Source of the DNA: Rhizodiscina lignyota
Taxonomy: Eukaryota
Assembly (NCBI GenBank): GCA_010015805.1
Contig: ML978122.1
Coordinates: forward strand, 2,948,453-3,012,452
Direction: 5' to 3'
Length of the DNA: 64,000 bases
Below are positions 1-11,052 of the stretch, one piece after another. The translations under genes and the position numbers were made by a program. Within the stretch, counting starts at the first letter, position 1. The number at the start of each line of letters is the position of its first letter. The notes under the pieces were generated by a model. That model was not told where the DNA came from and made no database searches. It was given only the letters and a program-made list of their open reading frames with translations.

Positions 1-1
1 G

Positions 2-214
2 ACCTTCCACAACTGCGACAACGTCGTGTTCCGACGGAGCTTGAACCTGATACCAGTGCCTGTAGTCGCCATCGACTACCTGATCCTGGAATTCACCCAT
101 CACGGAGGTGTCGATCGCTGGCGTGTGAAGGAAAGCTTCTCGGAGTTTAATACCGCGACTACTCTGTTCGACGCCGGTTTCCCTGAATGCAATCAGTCTT
201 CTAGCTCAAGCTGA
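2..214 (+). CDS. 3' end of a gene truncated by the window edge; resembles the C-terminus of small secreted fungal NTF2-like proteins
   Basis: Frame open from base 2: TFHNCDNVVFRR...PVVAIDYLILE...WRVKESFSEFNTATTLFDAGFPEC...stop. The HxCD, W-x5-SEFN and G-x-PEC pattern is recalled from that family. Confidence 0.5.
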   Translation, partial: TFHNCDNVVFRRSLNLIPVPVVAIDYLILEFTHHGGVDRWRVKESFSEFNTATTLFDAGFPECNQSSSSS

Positions 215-410
215 TTTGGTAGGAATCAGTACAGTTGGAAAGACCTTCAGGAAGCGGCGGAGAATGGTAATAAAGAGACATGGACAAGATGTGTATCATG
301 TATTGCGGCCATCATCCAATCCTGAACTTCAACCGAATCTTTTGAATGAGAAGGTGTACTTCTTGTCATTCAAATCCCTGGCCCGTGCATCATCATCAAA
401 TCCTGAATGT

Positions 411-1781
411 TTAATCGAGCCCCTTGAATGAGAAGTTGTTCTTCTTGCCATTCAAATCTTTCCCGCGATTTCGTCTCCTCTTCTTCCTCTTTTGCTTCGG
501 CTTCTCATCCTCGCTGCTATCTTCCTCGTCGTCATCATCATCCTCGCTATCATCGCCCAGGCCCCTCTTGCCCACTCCATTCGTCTCTGCTTCCTCCTCC
601 TCTTCCTTGTCCACTTCTCCAACTTTCTCGCCCCATACTTTGACCACCTGCCCACCCCCGCTAACCATCCTCCCACCAACATCGAATCCCAATCCCACGA
701 CACCCTCAATCTCATCATGCGTGCACTCGCCAACCACCTTATTGGGGCCTAATCTCACAAAGCGCACAAGCCCACCACCCATGCCAACTGCAACCGTCTT
801 TCCCATTGCCATCTCCTCTGGCACCTGCACCATGCAATCCAAGCTCTCTCCTCCCATGCCGCCAACTCCGCGGTCAACGATAATTCTCTCATCTTGGTCG
901 TCCCACTGCCCCTTCTCCCAAAGCGTGATAATACCATCGCCGCTTCCAATCAGCGCCTTCTGCCCAGTGGAAGTCCCACGCGCACTTAGTCCTGTGACGA
1001 AACAGCTGCTGAGTAACTCCTCCTCTTGGTCCTCGCTCTTAACTAGTACGCCGCGGCGGAGATCTGTGATGGCGATTGTGGTGCCGCCAGTTGAGAGCCA
1101 TTGCTTGGGTAAGCCAGATGTGGATGCGTCGGTGGGTGGAAGTGGGGTTATGGAGGAGATGTAGTCGTCGTGTGGGCGATATGTCGAGTTTGGTTTCGAC
1201 GCGATTGTCGCGGGAGACTTCTTCGATGACGCACGCAAGTCATAGATATGAAGAGCTGATGAATCGGTTGCAAGGAGGAGTGTCTGCGGGGTAAGAGCGT
1301 GGAGGACGACCGGAGAGTCTTCTGAGCCAGACACACTATTCTCGAATTAGCACTGTCGACAATGTGCATCCAGCATGAAATGCCTAGCTCAATTGCACAT
1401 AAGAAATACTTACGGATCACCTGGCACCGCAATCTTTGTCTCCACAACCCCCGACTCGCTCCGCGCGCCTTTCACCAGCCCATCCGTCCCCGCGCTGAAT
1501 ACCAGCTGTCCATCCCAGCTAAACGCAAGACTACGACAGCTTCCCTTATGCCGGCGCGTCTTCCACGCGGTTTCTATCTGCGCGCGGCCATTGGAGGCCT
1601 CCGACGCGTTGGTCGCAGCGCTGGCGACAGACCCGTTGCTGTCGCTCGGAGGTGGGGGAGGGAGCTTGTAGCATTGGACGTGTCCGGAGGAGAGGCCGAC
1701 AGCGAGGATGGGGTCGGAGGGGTGGAGGGAGAGAGCGAAGAGGTCGGAGGAGAGAGGGAGGGTGCACAGCGTGTCCAACAT
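411..1781 (-). CDS. JIP5: WD40-repeat ribosome-biogenesis protein JIP5/WDR55; exons 1781-1414 and 1335-411
   Basis: Starts [21 protein letters not shown]; contains [33 protein letters not shown]; acidic then basic tail ending FSFKGLD. Intron GTAAGT...GCTAAT...TAG keeps the frame. Confidence 0.9.
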
Positions 1782-2477
1782 TGGAGAGAGTTGAGGGAGA
1801 GAGAGGTGGAGAGTTGCTCGAGTAGAGAAAAGTTTTTGTGGGGAGCAGTAAACTATATTCCACATGAAGTTAGTGTTGTCTGGGACTTGGTGTGGCGCAT
1901 TTAGCGTGCCAAGCAATATAGAAGACGTTTTAAGGAGGGGCTTAGTGGCACGTCGCCCAAAAATTCCGACGCGGCATGGACACGCCAAATTTCTAAGTTC
2001 TGAAGCTCTGCCTCGCTTTATGTAACCACAGTTTTTCTGCTGTTATCGCACGCATGGCTGATGTTCAGTTTTATTTCCAACAACCTCCCCCTTATGGCTT
2101 CCACTCAACTAATGCAGCGTAGCCTCTACTCCAAGGCCTTCCTCATTAATTCTCACCTGGAATCTTCAGACACAGGTGTCCACACATGCGTGAAAGGCGT
2201 TTCGCTGCACCTGAAGCTTGTTCTTGTGTTCTAGTATCCGAAGACACATTGTGGAAATCCTGTAGTTGCTCAGGAGTTTGGATAGACGACCCGACAAACA
2301 TCGATCTACTAAAAGGAAACTTGGAATACTACTCACGCTATTCTACACAGTGGCTGACGTGCTCACAAATATTTCAATACGCTGGGTATACATTCAGCGA
2401 AGTCTTTTTATTCCGGCGACTCTACATCTTTCAATCCTAGTACTCGTCATTATATTGAGCTTAACAGCCGATTGGAT

Positions 2478-2801
2478 ATGTGTCAGCAAGAGCTCCCTTT
2501 CTGGTTGGAATGCCCCGAACACCACATCGCCAGTATACTCGTACGGTGGCGATGCGACGTTGCTAAGAAGGAGAAACGTCTCTGTCAACCAAAGCCTGAA
2601 GAGTACAATGCCATGCCAGGAGAGTGTAAAGTCTGCGGAAAGGTCATGCAGAATCATGGTTCTGCTCCCGAGGACGCTGTGCGACTCTTTTCGAAGATTG
2701 GCTATGGCGTCGCCCCAGATATTAGGCGGGACGGTGAAGGTGAGGCAGTAATCAACGTTCCTCAAGAAGAAGGCAGCTTTGAGGACAGGCCCACGCAGTA
2801 G
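2478..2801 (+). CDS. Small Cys/His-patterned hypothetical protein (107 aa)
   Basis: ATG at 2478: MCQQELPFWLECPEHH...RC...LC...ECKVC, an MC...CxxH...C...C...CxxC layout common in small fungal orphan proteins. Overlapping ORFs in other frames look spurious. Confidence 0.45.
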   Translation: MCQQELPFWLECPEHHIASILVRWRCDVAKKEKRLCQPKPEEYNAMPGECKVCGKVMQNHGSAPEDAVRLFSKIGYGVAPDIRRDGEGEAVINVPQEEGSFEDRPTQ

Positions 2802-2985
2802 AAAGAAGCGTTGTGCTTGGCAGGTCGATCGCTCACTTTTGTGACGTTGAAGGACTCCATCGACCGTCTTGTCCTTGCCTTGACTGTGCTCTGCATTCAT
2901 CGGCGGAAGACCTGAATAGTTTTTTATGGGCAATAAATTGAAATCAATTCAATATTCTTTGATTCCTCAACGATTTGTCGAGATA

Positions 2986-4515
2986 TCATGATGCGTCTAT
3001 CGCCATGGTATCATCACCTCCGTCTCCAAGGCCTTCCGCCGGTGGTGCTGCGCCTCTCCCTCTTCCAGCCAACAGTTCCCTCCTGACCTCGGGCCCTATC
3101 TGCTTGTGCCCTCTCACCAGTAACAAATCCAGTAACGCTTCCCTTTGATCTTCGGTGATATCGTCCCTATATCTCTGCGCAAATGCAAGCAAGCACTGAT
3201 GCCAGATTACAGGCAATTTCTGTGTCTGTGCGTCTCTTCCACTCCTCGCACCGTCAACGTCCATACCATCCCCTGTTGCACTAATATCGACTGCCCTGAA
3301 TCGGAGGAAGTGGAAAACGAGAGCATCGACGACTTTGTATGGCAGCGCGTATTTCTTCTCCAACAGCACTCTGATGAACGTATTTGCCGCAGCAGCGGCT
3401 TCAGTGTCTCCACTCATTTGATCTGCCGCAATCTCGCATAGCCGATGCAATGCAGCCGCGCTGTGCAGCAATGGAACTTTCATCTTGACCAGGACGCTCG
3501 AGATGATATGAGCTTCCCTCAGTGTGCATGTGCCGCTACCCACGAGAGGGAACAAGAAGCCTTTGAAGAACGCTGCAGGCTTATAGAGCGACTTCTTTAA
3601 TGCATTGTAGAGATGGATGTTCAGTTTGCGCGTCTCCGCGATGTCGTCCCGAACTCGTTCGAGGAGGACAGTGTTGATGTAGTATTGTGCAACGGATGGT
3701 GTGCCGGAGATGAAAAGACGTGTACCAGCATACACAGCGTTCGCTGTCCAAAGCTCTGGTCGCGTTATTGGAATGAGAGTTTGGATCGTGGGAAACGGGA
3801 GAGTGGTTAAGATTTTGAATGGCTTTGGGAGCTTGCCAGACTTGTAGCGTGAGAGGAGTAGAGCAATTCTGAACAAGGTTCATGTCAGTCTTTCTAGATA
3901 TAAGCCATTGGTACAATTTGCATACTTTGAATATACTTCAATGACTTTCGGAGGTATCTCAGCAGGCTCTTCAACATCCTCCTCAGCAGCTTCGGGAGCA
4001 TCGACCGGAATTTGAGTTTCGCGTGCCGCAATTTTCTCCAGTATCAGGTCTGCCAGATTCGTTCCCTGCCCGTCTGCCGGCGCCCTCTCTCCTGGTCGTA
4101 GTATTGGATCGTCGAAAGATGGATTGAAGCGATTGAAAAGGTCAAGGTCTTGAGGATCAATTTCGACTTCTTCTACAACTTCCTCGTCTTCATCACCCCA
4201 TGCCTCATCGTCATAATCTCCACCATCTTCTTCGACATCGTCATCGAATCGAGACTCGAATGCGAAAGCATCATGAGCCGATTTTGTGCCTTGTGACTGC
4301 CGTTCCTTGTCGTCCTCATCAGCCAAATCTTGCCCTATCTGTAATATCTTCCGCGACGCTTTTGAATCGACGAATTGTTCATCATCCTTCTCTTCGCGAC
4401 TTGCCCGCTTTCGTTTCGGCGCTTTCTGCTTGAATTGAGTCGGAGCATAGTCCTCTGCGAGAGGATTGTGTCGGCGTGCTTGTCGCGCCTCGGGAGAAGT
4501 GATCGCTTTTGGCAT
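2986..4515 (-). CDS. ENP1: Bystin / pre-40S assembly factor Enp1; exons 4515-3926 and 3868-2986
   Basis: RRHNPL, LADLILEKI, YKSGKLPKPFK, KPAAFFKG, LPVIWHQCLL, HKQIGPEVRREL. GTATGC...CAG intron keeps the frame. Confidence 0.95.
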
Positions 4516-4795
4516 TTTGAAGATGTAACTTGATCATCAAAGTTCGCTCCACACTTGCGTCTTAAATTTTGGCGGAGAAAGTTCTGCCGATTTTCACCGC
4601 CTTTCGGAAGATGCCGAGACGCGTTGACAGGGTTCACCCACGCGTTCAAGGTTTGTCGAAAGTACAATCGTGGGGATGCTTTAGCTTGGAGTGCACAATT
4701 GACTTTACGACTTCCAACGAAAGATACACCTTCCGCAGAGTAGGTAAACATAACCTCTAAGCATCGTTTGGGCACATCTTCAAGATTCCTTTCTA

Positions 4796-4819
4796 CTTGC
4801 GCTTGCGCTTGCGCTTGCG
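4796..4819. repeat. (CTTGCG)4 microsatellite in the 383-bp divergent ENP1/ASH2 intergenic region
   Basis: cttgcg repeated four times, then a degenerate cattgc. Confidence 0.85.
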
Positions 4820-4898
4820 CATTGCATTCATTCCAACTTCACCCGCTCTCTACCATTCAACTTTTCACGCAGGCCTAAACCTCACAGGACTCTGAAAA

Positions 4899-6521
4899 AT
4901 GGCAGAGGTTACGCCAAAGCCCGCGCCAGTGCGTGAACAGCGAGAAAAGAAAGAATCACTCAAGAAGCGTGAAGCAGCCGGTCATGTAGGGAGGACACCA
5001 GACACAGCGAAGGTGCCAGCTGCGCCTTCGCCGATGCGATACAATATCGGCCCTCCAAAACATTCAGATTTCGAACCACCCAGAGACCCATTATTTGTCT
5101 CCCACGAACCGATTCCGTTTCTCACACCTGACGGCCAGACGGAACTCAAGCGGCCGATCGACCATGCAGAAAACAAGCGCTCGTACCGCTATACTCATTG
5201 TGTCGCCGATCCACTCTTTCGGCACAAGCAGTATTACCGACAGTCCGATGCGAAGCCTTTTGGACCGCGGATGAGCTTTGAAGATGGGGACAGATGGATG
5301 CACTATGACGACTCTGGAACAATGGTCTCAATTGAGAAGGGATGGAGAATGGGGCGGGGAAACGTCGTAGCAAGAGAAGGCCGACTATACTACGAAGTCA
5401 AGATCATAAACGGAGTTCCTGCGGAAGGTGATGCTGTTCCGCCTGGTAGCCAAGGACAGCCCCAACCGCACATCAGGATGGGTTGGGCACGTCGCGAGGC
5501 GCCTCTGGATGCGCCGGTGGGCTTCGATGGGTACAGCTACGGCATCACAGACATTCGGTTCGACACGATGCACAAATCGAGACCGGGCAAAATCGCTCCT
5601 CCAAAGGCCAAAGGCAAAGCGTTGAAATCGAAAGCATCCCAACCCAAAACAGGCCAATCACCGGTTGATCATGTTCGTACCGGAGATGTTATTGGCATGG
5701 AGATCACACTTCCATCCTTATCCTTACACCGGAAAGTGGTTGATGGCAACTACAACCCAGCCGTAGATTTTGGTGATGGCTTTGATCCTGTCCCAATTGT
5801 CCCTGGAGTAGCTCCAGATCCAGCACAAGACATCATTCGCGACAGGATACCGGTGCCTTACAAAGGCAACGTCTACTTCGAGCAGCAAGATTACATCGCA
5901 ACGAAAGACATGGAGCTGTACGCCGATCGCTCTCCACAAGCATCAACTGCTCTAGCGGCTCTATCAATGGCTGCGAGCAAAGGCTCTGGCTCCGGCACAA
6001 CGGCGCATGCTCCCAACCCAAATCATCCACAACCCGCCCTACGTACCCTCCCAAATTCGAGCATCAAAATCTACAAGAACGGGCAACTCGTCGGAACAGC
6101 CTTCGAGAGCCTGATGTCCTTCCTCCCACCCGCCTCAGCACCCAATGCCGCAGCAGGCGCCCGACCAGGCTTCGACGACGGCATGGTCGGCTATTTCCCC
6201 GCTGTATCTGCATTCAGCAACGGTATCGCGCAGGTCAATTTCGGGCCACATTGGTGGTGTCCGCCCGAGGAGCTGAAAGACGTGGAGATGTCGGGCACGC
6301 CGAAGGACGGGCCCGAGGGCAGGAAGTTGAGGGGAGTGGGGGAAAGGTATAAGGAGCAGATTGCAGAGGATGTGCTGTGGGATTTGGTTGATGAGGCGGA
6401 CTTTTTTGCGCAGGATGGAGGGTATGAGTATCAGGGTGAGGGGAGGGATGTTCCGGGGATGGAGAAGGGGAAGGGAACGGTTGGGACTGTGGCGAGGGGA
6501 ATGGATGGGGCGGATTATTGA
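4899..6521 (+). CDS. BRE2: COMPASS/Set1C SPRY-domain subunit Ash2/Bre2
   Basis: 540-aa ORF with GWRMGRGN, YYEVKI, HIRMGWARREAPLDAPVGFDGYSYG, YKNG, GYFPAVS, NFGP and C-terminal RYKEQIAEDVLWDLVDE. Confidence 0.9.
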   Translation: MAEVTPKPAPVREQREKKESLKKREAAGHVGRTPDTAKVPAAPSPMRYNIGPPKHSDFEPPRDPLFVSHEPIPFLTPDGQTELKRPIDHAENKRSYRYTHCVADPLFRHKQYYRQSDAKPFGPRMSFEDGDRWMHYDDSGTMVSIEKGWRMGRGNVVAREGRLYYEVKIINGVPAEGDAVPPGSQGQPQPHIRMGWARREAPLDAPVGFDGYSYGITDIRFDTMHKSRPGKIAPPKAKGKALKSKASQPKTGQSPVDHVRTGDVIGMEITLPSLSLHRKVVDGNYNPAVDFGDGFDPVPIVPGVAPDPAQDIIRDRIPVPYKGNVYFEQQDYIATKDMELYADRSPQASTALAALSMAASKGSGSGTTAHAPNPNHPQPALRTLPNSSIKIYKNGQLVGTAFESLMSFLPPASAPNAAAGARPGFDDGMVGYFPAVSAFSNGIAQVNFGPHWWCPPEELKDVEMSGTPKDGPEGRKLRGVGERYKEQIAEDVLWDLVDEADFFAQDGGYEYQGEGRDVPGMEKGKGTVGTVARGMDGADY

Positions 6522-7037
6522 TGAGTGCTTTTGGACTGCGAAGTTATGATATCATTCGGATCCAGAAAATGATAATGGATGAAGCGTTTTGCTTGCATTG
6601 ACTATGCATTTGCGTATGCCGAAGCTCATTACCTTTCTCTATTCCCCCTGTGTCGTGCGAGCCTCCAAGGCGGGTGTGATCGAGCTTTCAGACATGCTCT
6701 CGATTCTGTGGAAGAGCAAAAGTCGCTCACGCTGGATCATTCGACCTCCAACAGGCTAAGCTGATTTATCTGCCCAAGGTATATTGAATTGAGCCTTCAG
6801 TGATCTTGTCGCCTCTGTTAAAGAGCCAAAACCACCCATGCCGCGTTTGTCGGCTTCACCGAGTCAAATTATTTCTCAGCCTAGGGCCCGTTGCATTCGA
6901 ACGAGCAGCTGTTCCAACTCATGAGCTCGTCAAAATTCCAGAATCTCGTAAGGGCGTTTCGAACTCATTGAATAGTCGGCCTTGAAGGTTTCAAGTCTGA
7001 TCATAGTTGCTTTACTTTGCTAAAGCAAGCCATTAGA

Positions 7038-7517
7038 TCACTCGTCTTCGAACGATAGCTTTATCTTCGTCTTCTTCCTTGGCTTCTTGGCCATTTTCTT
7101 GGCTGGCTCTTTCTTATCATCACCAGGAGAACCATCATCTTCCTCAGCAGTGCCAATAACTTTCCCAACTTTGCGCTTTTTCATCCCCTGGCCTGCCTCC
7201 GCGACTTGCTGCTTCGACTTCTCTTTAGCATCCGCAGCTTCCCCGTCCGGCCCCTTGCTGGTCTCATCTGCATCGGGTCCCTCTTCATCCTTAGCAAGCA
7301 TAGCCTCATAGTCAGCCTTTGAGACAGTGTCACCGCTTTCTTCGATGACATAAGTCGGCCCGTCGTCCTCCTCGTCGTCCTTCTTTAGACGTTTCGGTCG
7401 CGCGATCTGTCGTTCATGGCGGTCTGAATCACCACTGCCGGCAACCTCGCCTCTCAGTCGCCGCAAAAAGGCGGGTTCCTTTGCCTCATAGGAGAGGTCC
7501 TTCGCCTTGAAGCTCAT
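7038..7517 (-). CDS. Conserved charged protein of the DUF4604/KIAA1143 type
   Basis: N-terminal LSYEAKEPAFLRRL and C-terminal KIKLSFEDE; Lys/Asp/Glu-rich. Confidence 0.75.
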   Translation of the reverse strand: MSFKAKDLSYEAKEPAFLRRLRGEVAGSGDSDRHERQIARPKRLKKDDEEDDGPTYVIEESGDTVSKADYEAMLAKDEEGPDADETSKGPDGEAADAKEKSKQQVAEAGQGMKKRKVGKVIGTAEEDDGSPGDDKKEPAKKMAKKPRKKTKIKLSFEDE

Positions 7518-8412
7518 ATTTTGCCGCTTGAGGCGAACTCAACTGGGGTCTGTGGAGATAATAAATCGTGCGTCAAGATCCTTGGCGGAAAGATGTGGGT
7601 CTGCGTCCGCAGGAGCCCGCCGCCCTGCAGGCAAATTTAGGGTTTGCAGGATCTACGACGTGAAAAGGAGCAGATGGAGGAGGATTGGGTGTGAACGGAA
7701 ACCAAGATGGCAAGGCGTTGAGTGTGTTCCTGCAAAACGACCATTCAATGAACGACCACGTGAAATGGGTCGAACGAATTGATGTCTCTTGGTGGATTAT
7801 GGTTAGGGATTTCTTGAAGTGACCGGTTTGCGAGCACCGACACGCTGGATCTCTAGATCTTTTGGCGCCATGCCGGCTTGGCTTGCGCGTCCACGCGGCA
7901 GGGCACCGCGCTTGGACGGATTTCTCTAAAATGCCAAGACAACCACATCTTACGCCGTGGAGCAGTCTGGGCATAGATGAATACACAGTCGGCTGAAATT
8001 GCACTATCAAGAGTATCGATCAAGGTCTACATGCTCTTGCACTGTTCCAGAGCTACTAGTGCCCTCAGAGCGGGAGTTAGCTTAATATGACGCCTAGCAC
8101 GAGCAATTTCCTGTATCTTGAATCCTTGGCAGCCATTGATGGCGCTGGCATTATAGCCAGTGCCTATCGCTGTCAAATGCGCGCTTTGCGTTGCGACATC
8201 AACACCTCCTTTGTCCCTTTTCCTCCCCACCGCGCTGAATATTGCCCTCCCGGGCCAGCGTCTTTCAGAGTTGTTTCTAAGTTACCTGAATCAGCAATTA
8301 TCAGTGGCTTGACCTCGATTTAAGAGTACAGCGGCCTTTGCCGCCTGTACTTCTCCGTACACGTCTCTCAAAGTCCACACCACCTGTCATTCGTTTCTGG
8401 TCGTTTCCGCAA

Positions 8413-10171
8413 ATGGACTTCATATCTAGGCAGTCGGAACGGCTACAGATATCGTCCCCGACTATCCCAACCCTCGACGACCCCTCGAAAGATGCCAGGA
8501 GCACGTTCATGTCGAGATTGTCTGTCCTGCAGAACCGCGTGCGGTTAAAGAAAGGCAGTTCCATCTCGGTTCCGCTGGGTGTGGTGGTGCTTTTCCCGGT
8601 CGTCGTTATAATATTAATCTTAGTGCTCTTCCTACGGCATCCTTCTGGACCTGGGGCGATGCTACTGCAGTCCACACAGCCATCGACTGTAAGGTAGGAG
8701 ACACCGCAGACCAGTCTCGAAGGACACGACTGACTTGATTTATAGACGAATAAGCGAGAAGCACGACAAAGTCTTCGTCTCAGGCTGTCTCGATCCCCGT
8801 CCTCAAATGAACAATCCACGAGCAAATGCCGCTTTCGTCGTACTCGCACGGAATAAGGAGTTGGACGGTGTCGTACAATCAATACGGTCGATAGAGAGGC
8901 ATTTCAATAGGTGGTTTCACTATCCGTATGTCTTTTTGAACGACGGAGACTTCAACTCGACGTTCAAGGAGACCGTCCAAAATTACACAAGCGCACCGGT
9001 GGAGTTTGGCAAGGTCAACGATACACTTTGGGGATTTCCTGACTGGGTGGACCCAGATGTGGCGAAGGAGGGCATCGCAAAGCAGGGAGATAATGCAATC
9101 ATGTACGGTGGCATGGAGAGCTACCATCACATGTGTCGCTTCTACTCTGGGTACGTTTGGCTTCGTTATGTGACTACTGTGATCTGATATTAATATAGGA
9201 TGTTCTACAAGCATGAGCTCCTGCAAAAGTACGATTGGTATTGGCGGCTGGAGCCGGAGATCACGTACTTCTGCGACATTACATACGACCCATTCATCCA
9301 CATGGAGCGCGCAAACAAAACGTACGGCTTCACCATCGCCGTTAAGGAGTTGAAGGAGACGGTTCCAAATATCTTCCGTTACGCATCTGCTTTCAAACGA
9401 AAGAACAACATCGCCTCTCGAGGCATGTGGGAAATGTTCCTGGAGCGGCCTGACGAAGAACTTAATGAAGAGGAGCTCCTGCATCGTCAGCGGGAGAGGC
9501 TTGAACGTGGAGAGGATATATTCGGCAAGAAGAAAGAAGACAAGAAAGCGAAGAAAAAGAAAAATAAGTTGATGCAGCCACAAAAGGTTATCGACATCGA
9601 TCCCCAAGCACCAGAGCCTGATGAGATTCACGAAGACGCCATGGACGGCGAGCAGTACAACATGTGTCACTTCTGGAGCAATTTCGAGATTGCAAGACTG
9701 GACTGGTTCCGGAGCAAGGAGTATAATGAGTTTTTTGAGATGATGGATCGTAGTGGGGGCTTCTGGAACGAACGCGTAAGCCACAATCCTTAGCATGTAT
9801 GACCGGATTCGATGCTAATGTTTTGACAGTGGGGAGATGCACCCATTCATTCCCTTGCCGCTGGCGTGCTTCTGAGTCCTGACGACATCCATTACTTTCG
9901 TGACTTTGGCTACCGCCATACTACCATCGGGCACTGCCCGAGAAACGCTCCAGCCAGACAACTGCCGCGTATACCGTACCTCGAGAAAACGACGCTTGAC
10001 GCGAAAGAAAGGGCGAAGGAAGACGAGTACTGGGAGAAGTGGGATAAAGAGCAAGAGAACGGTGTCGGCTGTAGATGTCGATGTGACACCGATATCCCGG
10101 AGGTGGAAGGAAAGGAGGGAAGCTGCCTCGTGGACTGGGTGAGAGTCGCCGGTGGTTGGGCGTCTCCTTGA
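8413..10171 (+). CDS. Glycosyltransferase family 15 alpha-1,2-mannosyltransferase (KRE2/KTR family); exons 8413-8693, 8746-9150, 9199-9775, 9830-10171
   Basis: Type II anchor VVVLFPVVVIILILVLFL; ANAAFVVLARN, YHHMCRFYSG, WYWRLEP, CHFWSNFEIA, ERWGDAP; three canonical introns keep the frame. Confidence 0.92.
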
Positions 10172-11052
10172 TTTCTGGATTCACAACGCGTGTCTATGAT
10201 GCACTTCAGCGCATGTTGTACAGATACCTATGTGGTCATTGGCGGCGTTTCGGGCTTTCATGGCGCCATCCCTAGATGGTGAGTGCTTTTGGATTTTGAG
10301 CGATGCATACGGATGGATTTTTTGAACTGTAAAGATGGGAGCGCTGTACATCTTGTGCTCTTGATACCTCTTCTGTATCATACTGCTAATCGTGGTAGAA
10401 ATTGGAATTCAGCGTTCAAGCTCATCTCATCTCAAAGAGTATTACATGCAAGAGGTAATATGGGAGGCATCGTGATGTATCTCTTAATTCCCTACGTCGG
10501 CCGATATTCACTATCCTTCTCCTCTCGTGACAATTTGGTAACGAAGGATATTTGCTGGCTTCATGAACCTCACGCAATAAGAAAGGGAATTTGTGTCCTA
10601 CTGGCACCTCTTATCTTCCACTCCCTTCACGTCCTCTATCAAGGGAAGACACATGCTGCGTAAAGCTATGCGTTTGTCTTATCGACACGCATTTCCATAT
10701 CGGGACTAGCGCGGGGAACGCAGACCCCACATATAAGGCAGCTTAGCTTCCACCCCTCCGACCTTCAACCTACGTTCTGCGGCTGCCTTAAACCAAACAA
10801 CACCTGTTCACTCTCTGCAGTTGAAATACATCGCTCAGGAAGGTGGTGCTTCTGTCAAATAAGTCAAGCCGCGCTCCCGTCAGTCAAAAAAGTCTTGAGT
10901 TTCGCGTCAAGCTTCACTCAACGCGCTCCGATTGATCCCCGGCAATCCCTCGTCACCGGCACCTCAGCTTCGGGCACGTTTCAACCGCATTCCCGCCCAC
11001 GAATAAGTACCTCACATCTACAACTCACTTGGTGGCTTCCAGCGAAAACACC

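Noticed and set aside
424..1904. Long plus-strand ORFs (246 aa and 180 aa) overlapping JIP5
   Set aside because: Antisense shadows of a codon-biased gene with low-complexity translations; the same applies to most nested ORFs in the track.
2394..2933. 179-aa minus-strand ORF downstream of ENP1
   Set aside because: No recognisable motif; it overlaps the more protein-like Cys-patterned ORF on the plus strand.
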